Positions 1 through 7,057 of a stretch of DNA of 40,064 bases are shown here, piece by piece. The notes beneath the pieces are model-generated. The model was not told the origin of the DNA and ran no database searches. It worked only from the letters and a program-made list of their open reading frames with translations. The translations under genes were made by a program, and so were the position numbers. The DNA comes from a virus. Its lineage: Duplodnaviria > Caudoviricetes. The DNA is taken from IMG/VR virus record IMGVR_UViG_3300012953_000071, positions 1 to 40,064 of that record, one strand, 5' to 3'. The stretch's first letter is position 1. Every line of letters begins with the position of its first letter.

Positions 1-195
1 CCAATTAGCTGGATATCTTTGTATACTAATAGAATTTTCATTAGCATATTTTTCACCAAGTTTATCAGCTCCATTAGCGGTGCCAGATACTATGGTGATT
101 TCATCATTATTCTTCTCACTTAAATAAAAATCTAATTTCTTTTTAAGAAGAGAATAATTAGAAAAGTTTCTAGATCCTGCGACTATAATTCTCAT
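1..195 (-). CDS. SLOG superfamily (YspA/DUF2493-like) protein, 3' end outside window
   Basis: Not in ORF track. AGGAG RBS then ATG at 195; reads MRIIVAGSRNFSNY...ITIVSGTANGADKLGEKYA...YPANW, with the GSR, SGxAxGAD and PAxW motifs typical of this family. Confidence 0.85.
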   Translation of the reverse strand, partial: MRIIVAGSRNFSNYSLLKKKLDFYLSEKNNDEITIVSGTANGADKLGEKYANENSISIQRYPANW

Positions 196-221
196 AGTTT
201 CTCCTAAAGTCACTATGAATA

Positions 222-237
222 ATGGCCGCAAGGCCAT
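222..237. repeat. C-GCAA-G hairpin family, copy 1
   Basis: ATGGCC-GCAA-GGCCAT, identical to 5903..5918; lies just upstream of the minus-strand ATG at 195. Confidence 0.8.
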
Positions 238-329
238 AGATAAATGCCCCACCCAAGTCGTGACACTCAGGTGGGGTCAGGTCTAATCCACGGGGATTAA
301 ATAATCTCAGACTATCCGAGATTAAAATA

Positions 330-467
330 GGTAGGAATGACAGGAATCGAACCTGCATAGTCTAACAACTAAGATCGACTCTATGCTTTTTCAATACCTT
401 AAGTCATTGGTATCGTCGAATGACTAATTCAAAACATAGCTAGGTTGACCAACCCTAGTCCATTCCC
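330..467 (-). ncRNA. tRNA-like RNA with long variable arm and a pseudoknotted insert in the anticodon arm
   Basis: Acceptor GGGAATG/CATTCCT then ACC; D arm CTAG..GGTTGGTCAAC..CTAG; anticodon stem CTATG/CATAG enclosing about 50 nt; variable arm AGTC/GACT; T arm GCAGG-TTCGATT-CCTGT. Confidence 0.75.
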
Positions 468-479
468 ATAGTAAAATAA

Positions 480-636
480 GGAGCGAGTTACGAAGTGCTT
501 CAGAGTCAGGGCATCTTCTCAGTTTAAGCTCGTGGGTATATACGTTCCCGTCAACGCCTGGTGTTCCATTAGGACTTGGCATAGCCACCTGCTCTTCGAG
601 GTGCGTTTCCTATTGGGTTTTTGTTATCTCTGCTCC
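480..636 (-). ncRNA. candidate small structured RNA
   Basis: ORF-free; ends pair (GGAGC-A-GAG ... CTC-GCTCC); internal stems such as CACCT/AGGTG; immediately upstream of the tRNA-like element. Confidence 0.35.
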
Positions 637-805
637 ATGATAAAAGATGATCAGTTCTTTTACCATAACTTGTAAAGTGAAGGGGAAGAGTTCAGGTTTT
701 ACTTAATCCCAGAACCTTTGCCCGTATGCATACAGGCAGCTACAGGAATGTTTGTCGCTATTAACGACACTGGGCTCCCTATAACTTCTCTTATGCCCCC
801 ATAAA

Positions 806-839
806 AGTATAAGAAGGAGGAGGCCCTAACCTCCTCCTT
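806..839 (-). terminator. intrinsic terminator-like hairpin
   Basis: AAGGAGGAGG-6 nt-CCTCCTCCTT followed by CTTATACTTTT on the minus strand. Confidence 0.6.
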
Positions 840-1032
840 GATACTACCCTAAACCTTCAGGGAGGCTGTTGGGTCTGCATCGCCAATCGATAGAGCGTAC
901 TATCACGCATATCCAAAGATATTAGGAGTTGCACCTATTGATCTATTGATTGTCTTAAATTTAAAATAGCGCAGGATTCAAGCCTTACTGTTTGTTCCCC
1001 TTATGGGGACCTGCGATGGCATGGGTGTCTTT

Positions 1033-1401
1033 TTACTCCTCATCTGGGTCAGGTGGAAATTCGGCAGGTGGAATACCTGTTTGGATGAATTCTCTTTTTG
1101 CTGCGGACAGCTCAGGGAATACATCTTGAATCAGTTTTCCATTTGAATATTCCTTATATTTGACACAGAAGTTTTCTAAAGACATGTCTAGTTCCATTTC
1201 ATACAACTTGCCACTTAGGGGTGATACCCTTTTGAAGGACACTCTGTTAGAAGAAACAGAGGTTAGTTCAATTTGTTGTGCCTCAGCATGATTAGGGAAT
1301 AGATTGCTAAAGTGATTATTGATTACATTATCTGCCGGTGTATTCGGCGGTGTAAGCTTCATCGTTTTCACCGTATGAGCTAGAGTTATAGTATTGCTCA
1401 T
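1033..1401 (-). CDS. conserved phage hypothetical protein
   Basis: C-terminal GKLIQDVFPELSAAKREFIQTGI resembles a motif I recall from uncharacterised phage proteins; start uncertain. Confidence 0.7.
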   Translation of the reverse strand: MSNTITLAHTVKTMKLTPPNTPADNVINNHFSNLFPNHAEAQQIELTSVSSNRVSFKRVSPLSGKLYEMELDMSLENFCVKYKEYSNGKLIQDVFPELSAAKREFIQTGIPPAEFPPDPDEE

Positions 1402-1540
1402 CTTGAAGGCCGTCGCCAGGCGGCCTACCTTTTCCTTTATAGCGTAATTTAATATAAAATTCTTTTACTAAAGTTGAAATAGCTCCGACTGATAATCCTA
1501 TCATTATAATAGTTATTGGTATTATATTTGATTTTTTCAT
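1328..1540 (-). CDS. small membrane protein
   Basis: ATG overlaps the upstream stop (ATGA at 1537-1540); MKKSNIIPITIIMIGLSVGAI has a hydrophobic N-terminus. Confidence 0.6.
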   Translation of the reverse strand: MKKSNIIPITIIMIGLSVGAISTLVKEFYIKLRYKGKGRPPGDGLQDEQYYNSSSYGENDEAYTAEYTGR

Positions 1541-1788
1541 TCTTCTGGGGGGAAATAATTTAAATGTAATTCTACACAAGCATACATATCATCTGTAATA
1601 CTATGTATATGTCTATCTTGATGCATGTTAATAGTGCATGCTTCGCCTGCTATATAAACAGCATCTTTTGATACATCATATATTCCATTATTAGAATAAG
1701 GATTGGCAATTAAAATTATTGTTATAAACAATATTGTAAGCGCTAAAAGTGGAAAGAAAAGAATTAAATCTTTTTGTTTAGAAGTCAT
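1537..1788 (-). CDS. small membrane-anchored protein
   Basis: MTSKQKDLILFFPLLALTILFITIILIA transmembrane segment; overlaps neighbours in operon fashion. Confidence 0.65.
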   Translation of the reverse strand: MTSKQKDLILFFPLLALTILFITIILIANPYSNNGIYDVSKDAVYIAGEACTINMHQDRHIHSITDDMYACVELHLNYFPPEE

Positions 1789-1969
1789 TATTTCTATTTC
1801 CCAATTTTTTATCAAAAGATTTGATATCAATTATACTTTGATGATTTAATTTACTTGATTTAGTATTAAGTTTTTCTATTTCTCTTCTTAGAATTATTTC
1901 TTCTAGAAGATTTACTCTTATTTCAAGAGCTTTTGTACGTCTCAATAGAATATCAATGATAAATTTCAT
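1778..1969 (-). CDS. hypothetical protein
   Basis: 63-aa ORF coupled by ATGA overlap to the HTH gene. Confidence 0.55.
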   Translation of the reverse strand: MKFIIDILLRRTKALEIRVNLLEEIILRREIEKLNTKSSKLNHQSIIDIKSFDKKLGNRNNDF

Positions 1970-2169
1970 TTTGTTCTCTTGTTTTCTATTGCTTGTTCCA
2001 GAAAATCTATAATATGTTTTTCTGTAAAGCGAAAAGTTCTTTGACCAACTTTGATATGTTTCAATTTACCGCTTCTACACAAACGGTTTACTTGATGTAT
2101 TGATATTCGAAGATAGTCAGCGACTTCTTCTGGAATAAGTAGTTTTGTTTTTAAAGAAATATCTACCAA
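1966..2169 (-). CDS. excisionase-like helix-turn-helix DNA-binding protein (HTH_17 type)
   Basis: LLIPEEVADYLRISIHQVNRLCRSGKLKHIKVGQRTFRF pattern; GGAG RBS before TTG at 2169. Confidence 0.85.
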   Translation of the reverse strand: MVDISLKTKLLIPEEVADYLRISIHQVNRLCRSGKLKHIKVGQRTFRFTEKHIIDFLEQAIENKRTK

Positions 2170-2202
2170 AATAACTCCGTTATGTTGGGTTGAATCATTT
2201 GA

Positions 2203-2222
2203 AGGGCTCCGCAAGGAGCCCT
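2203..2222. repeat. C-GCAA-G hairpin family, copy 2
   Basis: AGGGCTCC-GCAA-GGAGCCCT, directly after a terminator U-tract on the minus strand. Confidence 0.8.
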
Positions 2223-2272
2223 ATAAAAAGGCGCCCCATAGACTATTGGGTATAGTCATTATAGGGGCGCCT
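2223..2272 (-). terminator. intrinsic terminator
   Basis: AGGCGCCCC...GGGGCGCCT stem followed by TTTTAT. Confidence 0.65.
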
Positions 2273-2326
2273 ACGAACAGACCCAAGGAGGGAGGTGATT
2301 ATCTGTTCTATTTCAAGGTGTGACAG

Positions 2327-3142
2327 CTACCGAGATGTATAATGCTTCCAGTTGGTTTTTGCTGCTACTCCAGGAAGGAGTGGTGCTGCAATACTAGATT
2401 CATTATAATTTAGATAGTAATGGCCTTCGTGAAAGGTGACTGTAAGCCCCTCTACTACTTGTCCATAATCCAAATTATCAAGAAGGTATCCAAGAGTGAT
2501 AGGTCCATTTGATGAATCAAATTTAATATCACGAATATCCCTATATACTGTAGTCAGGGGTCCTGGATACCAAGTATAAAGTACGTCACCATAATTTCCA
2601 TGTGGCCCCACAATGGCCCACATCTCATTAGTGGAGTCGTATTCTTTCTCTGTATATTCAACAGATGCGCCATACAGAAACTCGGGAGCTGCTGCAGTGG
2701 TTTTATCTGCCAGTGTAATGTCATGCTGACTGCGACGAATTTTTACTTCTGTCAGATTTTGCGTGGAGATATCTGCAATACGGGTAATCCCGATATATGC
2801 TTTTACTCCTTCTGGAATGATTGCCTTATAGTAAGTGCATCCATCCATGCCACAACCAGGCCATTGCTCATTAATTTCATTGGCATTGTAAGTGACAGCA
2901 GTTGGAAGAACATCTTTGAGAAAGCCAATAGTCTTTTCGATATTGTCGATCCCTTCAATGAACGAGCCGCGCTCTACACGATTGACCATGCCTTCAAGAT
3001 GTGTCTTCATTTTAGTATCACCACTAAGTGCTTCTTCGTAGACCTTAATGAGTCCAAGAACTGCAGGGTGGTGATTTGAAAAGTTTGATGTATCTGTGGT
3101 CATATTCTGATTACTACTAGTTGGTGTGTTATTACCATACAT
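2327..3142 (-). CDS. hypothetical protein (271 aa)
   Basis: Long ORF on the same strand as its neighbours; no recognised motif. Confidence 0.75.
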   Translation of the reverse strand: MYGNNTPTSSNQNMTTDTSNFSNHHPAVLGLIKVYEEALSGDTKMKTHLEGMVNRVERGSFIEGIDNIEKTIGFLKDVLPTAVTYNANEINEQWPGCGMDGCTYYKAIIPEGVKAYIGITRIADISTQNLTEVKIRRSQHDITLADKTTAAAPEFLYGASVEYTEKEYDSTNEMWAIVGPHGNYGDVLYTWYPGPLTTVYRDIRDIKFDSSNGPITLGYLLDNLDYGQVVEGLTVTFHEGHYYLNYNESSIAAPLLPGVAAKTNWKHYTSR

Positions 3143-3194
3143 AATATATTAATACTCCGAGGAGGGTTTATTTGATAGGTATCTATCGCTTTGC

Positions 3195-3214
3195 AGCGCC
3201 CCGCAAGGGGTGCT
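3195..3214. repeat. C-GCAA-G hairpin family, copy 3
   Basis: AGCGCCCC-GCAA-GGGGTGCT, with a G-T pair on the + strand. Confidence 0.8.
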
Positions 3215-3221
3215 TATTTAC

Positions 3222-3554
3222 TTAACGTAGAGTGCAATCTTCTATCTCAAAGGATAGATTTTTGAAGTCTATGTATATGTAATTCTTGTTTTCATATATA
3301 GTGTATTCATCATCATCTACTATATATGTGAGAGGCTCTTCATAGAGCCATTTACCTTCGTTGTGAACTTGGTTGATATACGTAAGGAGATCTCCTGATT
3401 CGTGTATGTTGAAACACATACCTATATCAGTTAATTGCCACCATATATTTTCTATATCTTCTCTTTCTAGTGAGGACGCCGTATCCATTCCCTCACCACA
3501 TGATATAAGAGTTACCATTAATACAGAGAGTAGTTTCACTTTAATAGTTACCAT
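3222..3554 (-). CDS. putative lipoprotein
   Basis: KLLSVLMVTLISC-GEG resembles a signal peptide with lipobox Cys; acidic mature part. Confidence 0.65.
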   Translation of the reverse strand: MVTIKVKLLSVLMVTLISCGEGMDTASSLEREDIENIWWQLTDIGMCFNIHESGDLLTYINQVHNEGKWLYEEPLTYIVDDDEYTIYENKNYIYIDFKNLSFEIEDCTLR

Positions 3555-3642
3555 AGTAGTACTGACATTAGATCAGTACGGAGTTAATATATATTATATA
3601 TAATACACTATATTTCTCCGCAGTTCAACAACTGTGTGGCTT

Positions 3643-3685
3643 TAAGAAAATTATGGGAGCCACACCAATAATGTGAGGCTCCCAT
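3643..3685 (-). terminator. terminator-like hairpin closing the 3.7-5.0 kb non-coding tract
   Basis: ATGGGAGCC...GGCTCCCAT then AATTTTCTTAA on the minus strand. Confidence 0.5.
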
Positions 3686-4807
3686 GGGGTTGCAATGTGG
3701 GATGTAAGTTTAAAAAACGTTGTCCAGCGCTGCTTTTAAGGCTATATCGTTGCCTATTCCGCTTCAGATTTTTCGCGTTTTTTATTTTTTGTGAGAAAAC
3801 GCATGGATATTGTAGAATCCCTAACTCACGAAGAGGTTTGTTATTGCGTATAACACCATACACCATATACCAAAGCTGTATATATGGGTACTTTAAGCCT
3901 ACTGTATGAGTGGTACAGTATTTTTCCTGGGGTAGCTGTACTCCAGAAGGGGGGATAGTAGTCAGAGTGTGTGCATACTCTACTACCTTTGAATTGTGTT
4001 CTCTTTTTCTTCTTGATTCTTTTAATTTTACTTAATACCTCAGTCGAAGGTATGTGTAAAGGAAGTTTTTGAAAAAGGAAAGGAGGGTGATAGCATGACC
4101 CATTGATATATATTTGGGATTGTCTATCGTTTGACTTCAACACGGATGCCCCTCAGCATCCGTATGTTACTTGGCCAGTTATTGTCCCAGCCTAAGCCTT
4201 GTCACATATACATACTACTATCCTATATCTATATATGACTTATCCTTTGTAGTTAGTATTCTAGACAGACATTACTGTGTCTTTGGTCTTTTGCCTTTAA
4301 GGGTTGGCTTCCCTAAAAGATTACTAAACGATAGTATAGCTTCATGACCTGACTATAAGCGTCACTATTGCATCGGGCATTCTCCGATTACCCTATAGGG
4401 CAGACCTAGCTTTCAGTTCATGAGAGGAGGGTTGCCGGGATTTTAGTGTTACTTTGTTCCCGACTTCAACGTTCCCTGAAAATAGAGATTTTCTTTAACG
4501 TCACAGTTATATAACTTGCCAATGTATCCTCTTTAACTTGTTTTGGCTAACATAGCTTTGATTGTAGAGGCGGGTTACTGCCTCTCTGGTGGGGTGTTAC
4601 CACCATTACGTAGCCTGCCGCCAGGCAGGCGAATCTTTCGAACTCGCCAGTTCTCAGATTCAAGAGTTTGATAGTTTACAAAAAGTTGGTTTTTTTCCAA
4701 CTATTAAATTAAAACTTTGGATTTTTGGCCGAATGCTGCAAGTAATTGTAATTGTTTAATTATTTCAGGAAGTATCTCTTTGTTTCTTCCTTAAAGCTTT
4801 CATTCAG

Positions 4808-4932
4808 CCCCCTGTCGGGGGGTTCTGTATCTTTATTTTTGTTATCTTACTCTTGGTTCCGGCATGCTTATGCCTTCCTCGACCCTCTTCTTATTCTCCC
4901 ACTCCTGGGAGAAAGTCCCCCCTGTCGGGGGG
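4808..4932. repeat. two copies of the hairpin CCCCCTGTCGGGGGG (4808..4822, 4917..4932)
   Basis: Exact 15-nt repeat that is itself an inverted repeat. Confidence 0.85.
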
Positions 4933-4955
4933 AGCCAAGTCTTCATAGACATACC

Positions 4956-4986
4956 GAGGGGAAGTCGGTCGCAAGACCGACCCCTC
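4956..4986. repeat. C-GCAA-G hairpin family, copy 4
   Basis: GTCGGTC-GCAA-GACCGAC, extended by GAGGGG/CCCCTC. Confidence 0.7.
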
Positions 4987-5006
4987 TAGGTCATGTTATT
5001 TTCATA

Positions 5007-5043
5007 TTAAAAAGTAGGGCAGCCCTTTTGGACTGTCCTACTT
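5007..5043 (-). terminator. intrinsic terminator (possibly bidirectional)
   Basis: AAGTAGGGCAGCCC-TTTT-GGACTGTCCTACTT with T tracts on both sides, just after the stop at 5054. Confidence 0.75.
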
Positions 5044-5053
5044 CTTTTAACCC

Positions 5054-5533
5054 TTAGAGTGGGTTTTCACTTTCTACTTCCACTACTTTTCCAGTAGTAG
5101 GAGTTGCACCTGCAGCACCTGCAAGAGCGGCAGCAATAGCTTGCTGAACAACACCAGCCATATTGGCTTCCATGCTACTCAGTTGAGCCTTGACTTGAGC
5201 AAGCTCAGCCTTGGTCTCTGCTACTGCAACGTCTTGAGGTCGTGGATGGTTCACCCAAATCGTAGGATTCGGAGTCCACACGGCTTCTCCAGCAGCTGCG
5301 CTCAACTTCTCATTGCGGAATGAGAGCTGACCACGAATCTGGTCTTCCGTGAATCCGGCTTCAATCAAAGCAGTCTTCTGAGCAAGCATTGCTTCGCAAA
5401 TGTCGAAAGCAGACTTACCTTTTAGAGTACTGAATTTCAGCTGGATATTTCCACCTTGCCTTTCGTCGGCTTGCATGCCTTCGAGTAGCGCTTCAGAAAC
5501 GTTGTCGAGATTAATGTCTCGGGTATCACCCAT
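5054..5533 (-). CDS. hypothetical protein with C-terminal coiled coil
   Basis: GGAGG RBS; heptad-like AETKAELAQVKAQLSSMEAN. Confidence 0.8.
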   Translation of the reverse strand: MGDTRDINLDNVSEALLEGMQADERQGGNIQLKFSTLKGKSAFDICEAMLAQKTALIEAGFTEDQIRGQLSFRNEKLSAAAGEAVWTPNPTIWVNHPRPQDVAVAETKAELAQVKAQLSSMEANMAGVVQQAIAAALAGAAGATPTTGKVVEVESENPL

Positions 5534-5566
5534 GATAAAAGTCCTCCATGGGAATGGGGTTGGTAT

Positions 5567-5869
5567 TTACGCTGCGGAAGCTTTAACCTTTTGGTCAACG
5601 CTTTCTTTGATTGCCTCTTTTGTAGATTTCCATCCACCCAGAATTGCATTCATCGTGCCGTTGGACACAAGTCCAACGCAACAAAACAGCAAGAAAGGAA
5701 TACAGACAATGTAAAAGAACAAAGTCAGAATTTCCAGAATTGGGGTGTACTTGAAGATAAGGATACCTCCGAGCAAACCCACGAGTGCTTGTCCCCACCA
5801 GGGAACAGAATTCACAGCTTCTTTTGCTTTAGTAGCTGCTTCTTTTACGTTCGGAGTTTTTGTAGCCAA
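5567..5869 (-). CDS. membrane protein (two TM segments)
   Basis: AGGAGGTG RBS, TTG start, two long hydrophobic stretches. Confidence 0.8.
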   Translation of the reverse strand: MATKTPNVKEAATKAKEAVNSVPWWGQALVGLLGGILIFKYTPILEILTLFFYIVCIPFLLFCCVGLVSNGTMNAILGGWKSTKEAIKESVDQKVKASAA

Positions 5870-5902
5870 TGCACACCTCCTAGCTATATCTCCATTTTGG
5901 AT

Positions 5903-5951
5903 ATGGCCGCAAGGCCATTACTGTCTTGATAGAATGGGCCGCAAGGACCAT
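5903..5951. repeat. C-GCAA-G hairpin family, copies 5 and 6 in tandem
   Basis: ATGGCC-GCAA-GGCCAT (5903..5918) and ATGGGCC-GCAA-GGACCAT (5934..5951). Confidence 0.8.
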
Positions 5952-6002
5952 CTATTTATTTATTCCATATAGAGAGAACTGCAGAAATACTACAGTCCTC
6001 TC
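5952..6002. repeat. imperfect direct repeat, left copy
   Basis: TATTTATTCCA...AAATACTACAGTCCTCTC matches 6797..6831 TATTTATTCCA...AAATACTATAGTCCTCTC (17 of 18 nt in the core). Confidence 0.7.
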
Positions 6003-6081
6003 AGAAGTACAAATGCATTGCCCAGATGATTTGTAAGATGATGAGCGATCCGAAGAGAGCGATTGTTCCCCAAGGTATCAT
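6001..6081 (-). CDS. 26-aa membrane micropeptide
   Basis: MIPWGTIALFGSLIILQIIWAMHLYF; ATGA overlap with the upstream stop. Confidence 0.55.
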   Translation of the reverse strand: MIPWGTIALFGSLIILQIIWAMHLYF

Positions 6082-6161
6082 TCTGGATTAAAATGTTCTG
6101 TTTCCCACTTAAACCACATTCGTGCCAAGCCGAAACCAACTACGAAGATGAAGACTTCCAT
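6078..6161 (-). CDS. 27-aa membrane micropeptide
   Basis: GGGAGGAG RBS; MEVFIFVVGFGLARMWFKWETEHFNPE. Confidence 0.6.
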   Translation of the reverse strand: MEVFIFVVGFGLARMWFKWETEHFNPE

Positions 6162-6265
6162 CTTTTCTCCTCCCATTCTCCAATTTTTTCGTCTATAGAG
6201 GCCATCCCTATTATAACGAATATTGTTGCGATTGGAGCAAGAAGTCCCAAGAATAGTTCGATCAT
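6140..6265 (-). CDS. 41-aa membrane micropeptide
   Basis: GGGAG RBS and ATGA overlap; MIELFLGLLAPIATIFVIIGMAS... Confidence 0.65.
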   Translation of the reverse strand: MIELFLGLLAPIATIFVIIGMASIDEKIGEWEEKRWKSSSS

Positions 6266-6420
6266 GTGAACACTCCCAAGTAGTAGAACACTCCCTTTAG
6301 CAGGAAGAGTGGTACTTGTACGATGTAGGGTGCGAAAGCAATTATAAGGAATACTCCCCATACTGTAAGGGCGTATATCCCAAGAACTCCTGTGAATTCG
6401 TTGAGGGCTTTCTCAATCAT
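6262..6420 (-). CDS. 52-aa membrane protein
   Basis: MIEKALNEFTGVLGIYALTVWGVFLIIAFAPYIVQVPLFLLKGVFYYLGVFT; ATGA overlaps at both ends. Confidence 0.65.
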   Translation of the reverse strand: MIEKALNEFTGVLGIYALTVWGVFLIIAFAPYIVQVPLFLLKGVFYYLGVFT

Positions 6421-6707
6421 TGCTCACCCCTAGGGGCTTCTTGAAAGTCAATATAATCTTCAAGAGCTTGTTGTTCCCATGCCGGCATAATCACTGCAAA
6501 CCAAGTTACGATGATAATGGCAAGGCCAAAGGGCACCTCCAGTGTGACCGGAAGGCCAACTGGCACGAGTGTGTTGATAATGCAACAAGTGGCCAAAAGG
6601 CAAAATGCATATCTCCACCAATTTTTCAAGAGGTCTTTACCGAATCCAGTGAGGATAGCAGTAATTACTCCAGGTGTTTCTGTAAGCACCATTAGCAGTG
6701 TATTCAT
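6417..6707 (-). CDS. membrane protein (96 aa)
   Basis: GGAGGG RBS before ATG at 6707; two hydrophobic segments. Confidence 0.75.
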   Translation of the reverse strand: MNTLLMVLTETPGVITAILTGFGKDLLKNWWRYAFCLLATCCIINTLVPVGLPVTLEVPFGLAIIIVTWFAVIMPAWEQQALEDYIDFQEAPRGEQ

Positions 6708-6796
6708 AGCTCCCTCCAAGGTTTAAGGAATACTACCATCTTGTAAGGAGTCGCCAGACTCCTTCCCAAATGACTCATTCTCCTATAGGTACAACA

Positions 6797-6831
6797 CTAT
6801 TTATTCCAATAGAAAATACTATAGTCCTCTC
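6797..6831. repeat. imperfect direct repeat, right copy
   Basis: Matches 5952..6002. Confidence 0.7.
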
Positions 6832-6856
6832 GAAAGTTATCGACACGGATTGGTGA

Positions 6857-6885
6857 TAAAGAACCCAACCCCCGAGAGGGTTGGG
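6857..6885 (-). terminator. terminator-like hairpin
   Basis: CCCAACCC...GGGTTGGG then TTCTTTA on the minus strand. Confidence 0.5.
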
Positions 6886-6923
6886 CCTTGGCAGAGTTCC
6901 CCAACTCCTACAACCATTTCCAA

Positions 6924-6941
6924 AGGCTCCGCAAGGAGCCT
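6924..6941. repeat. C-GCAA-G hairpin family, copy 7
   Basis: AGGCTCC-GCAA-GGAGCCT followed on + by TATTTATTTATTT. Confidence 0.8.
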
Positions 6942-7008
6942 CTGTATTTATTTATTTGTTTATTCGGTGCGGAGGTGCGGAGTATTAGCATTTAGTGGTG
7001 AGATAGTA

Positions 7009-7048
7009 CCATTAAAGAAAAGAGGGGAACCCCCGAGAGGGTTCCCCT
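7009..7048 (-). terminator. terminator plus conserved TTTAAYGG junction
   Basis: AGGGGAACCC/GGGTTCCCCT stem then TTTTCTTTAATGG. Confidence 0.8.
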
Positions 7049-7057
7049 TGACATTAA

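Larger units (their letters stand above)
3690..5005 (-). ncRNA. candidate large structured non-coding RNA region (about 1.3 kb, possibly several RNAs)
   Basis: No credible ORF; dense tandem hairpins, e.g. ACGGATGC/GCATCCGT (4142-4163) and AGAGGC/GCCTCT, TGGTGG/CCACCA, GCCTGCC/GGCAGGC, GGCGA/TCGCC (4566-4648); GAAA/GUAA/GCAA loops on the minus strand; bounded by terminator-like hairpins. Confidence 0.5.

Noticed and set aside
912-1032. Possible tRNA around GGTGCAACTCC
   Set aside because: No convincing acceptor, D or anticodon arms could be built.
4428-4442. CCCGGCAACC resembling the SAM-I riboswitch core
   Set aside because: The other SAM-I elements (ATCxAGAG, GAGGGA, GGTGC) are not in place.
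4420-4470. Loose similarity to the 16S rRNA 3' minor domain (TGAAGTCG..AACAA.GTAAC)
   Set aside because: Too short and interrupted, explained in part by a local GTCGGGA/TCCCGGC stem; not an rRNA gene.
3651-5057. ORF-track entries 3651..3866, 3673..3909, 3841..4143 and 4752..5057
   Set aside because: No RBS, non-ATG starts, implausible composition, and they run through hairpins; likely spurious.
6704-6778. 24-codon ORF MSHLGRS... overlapping the start at 6707
   Set aside because: The RBS is too close to the ATG and the ORF contains a strong hairpin; not supportable.
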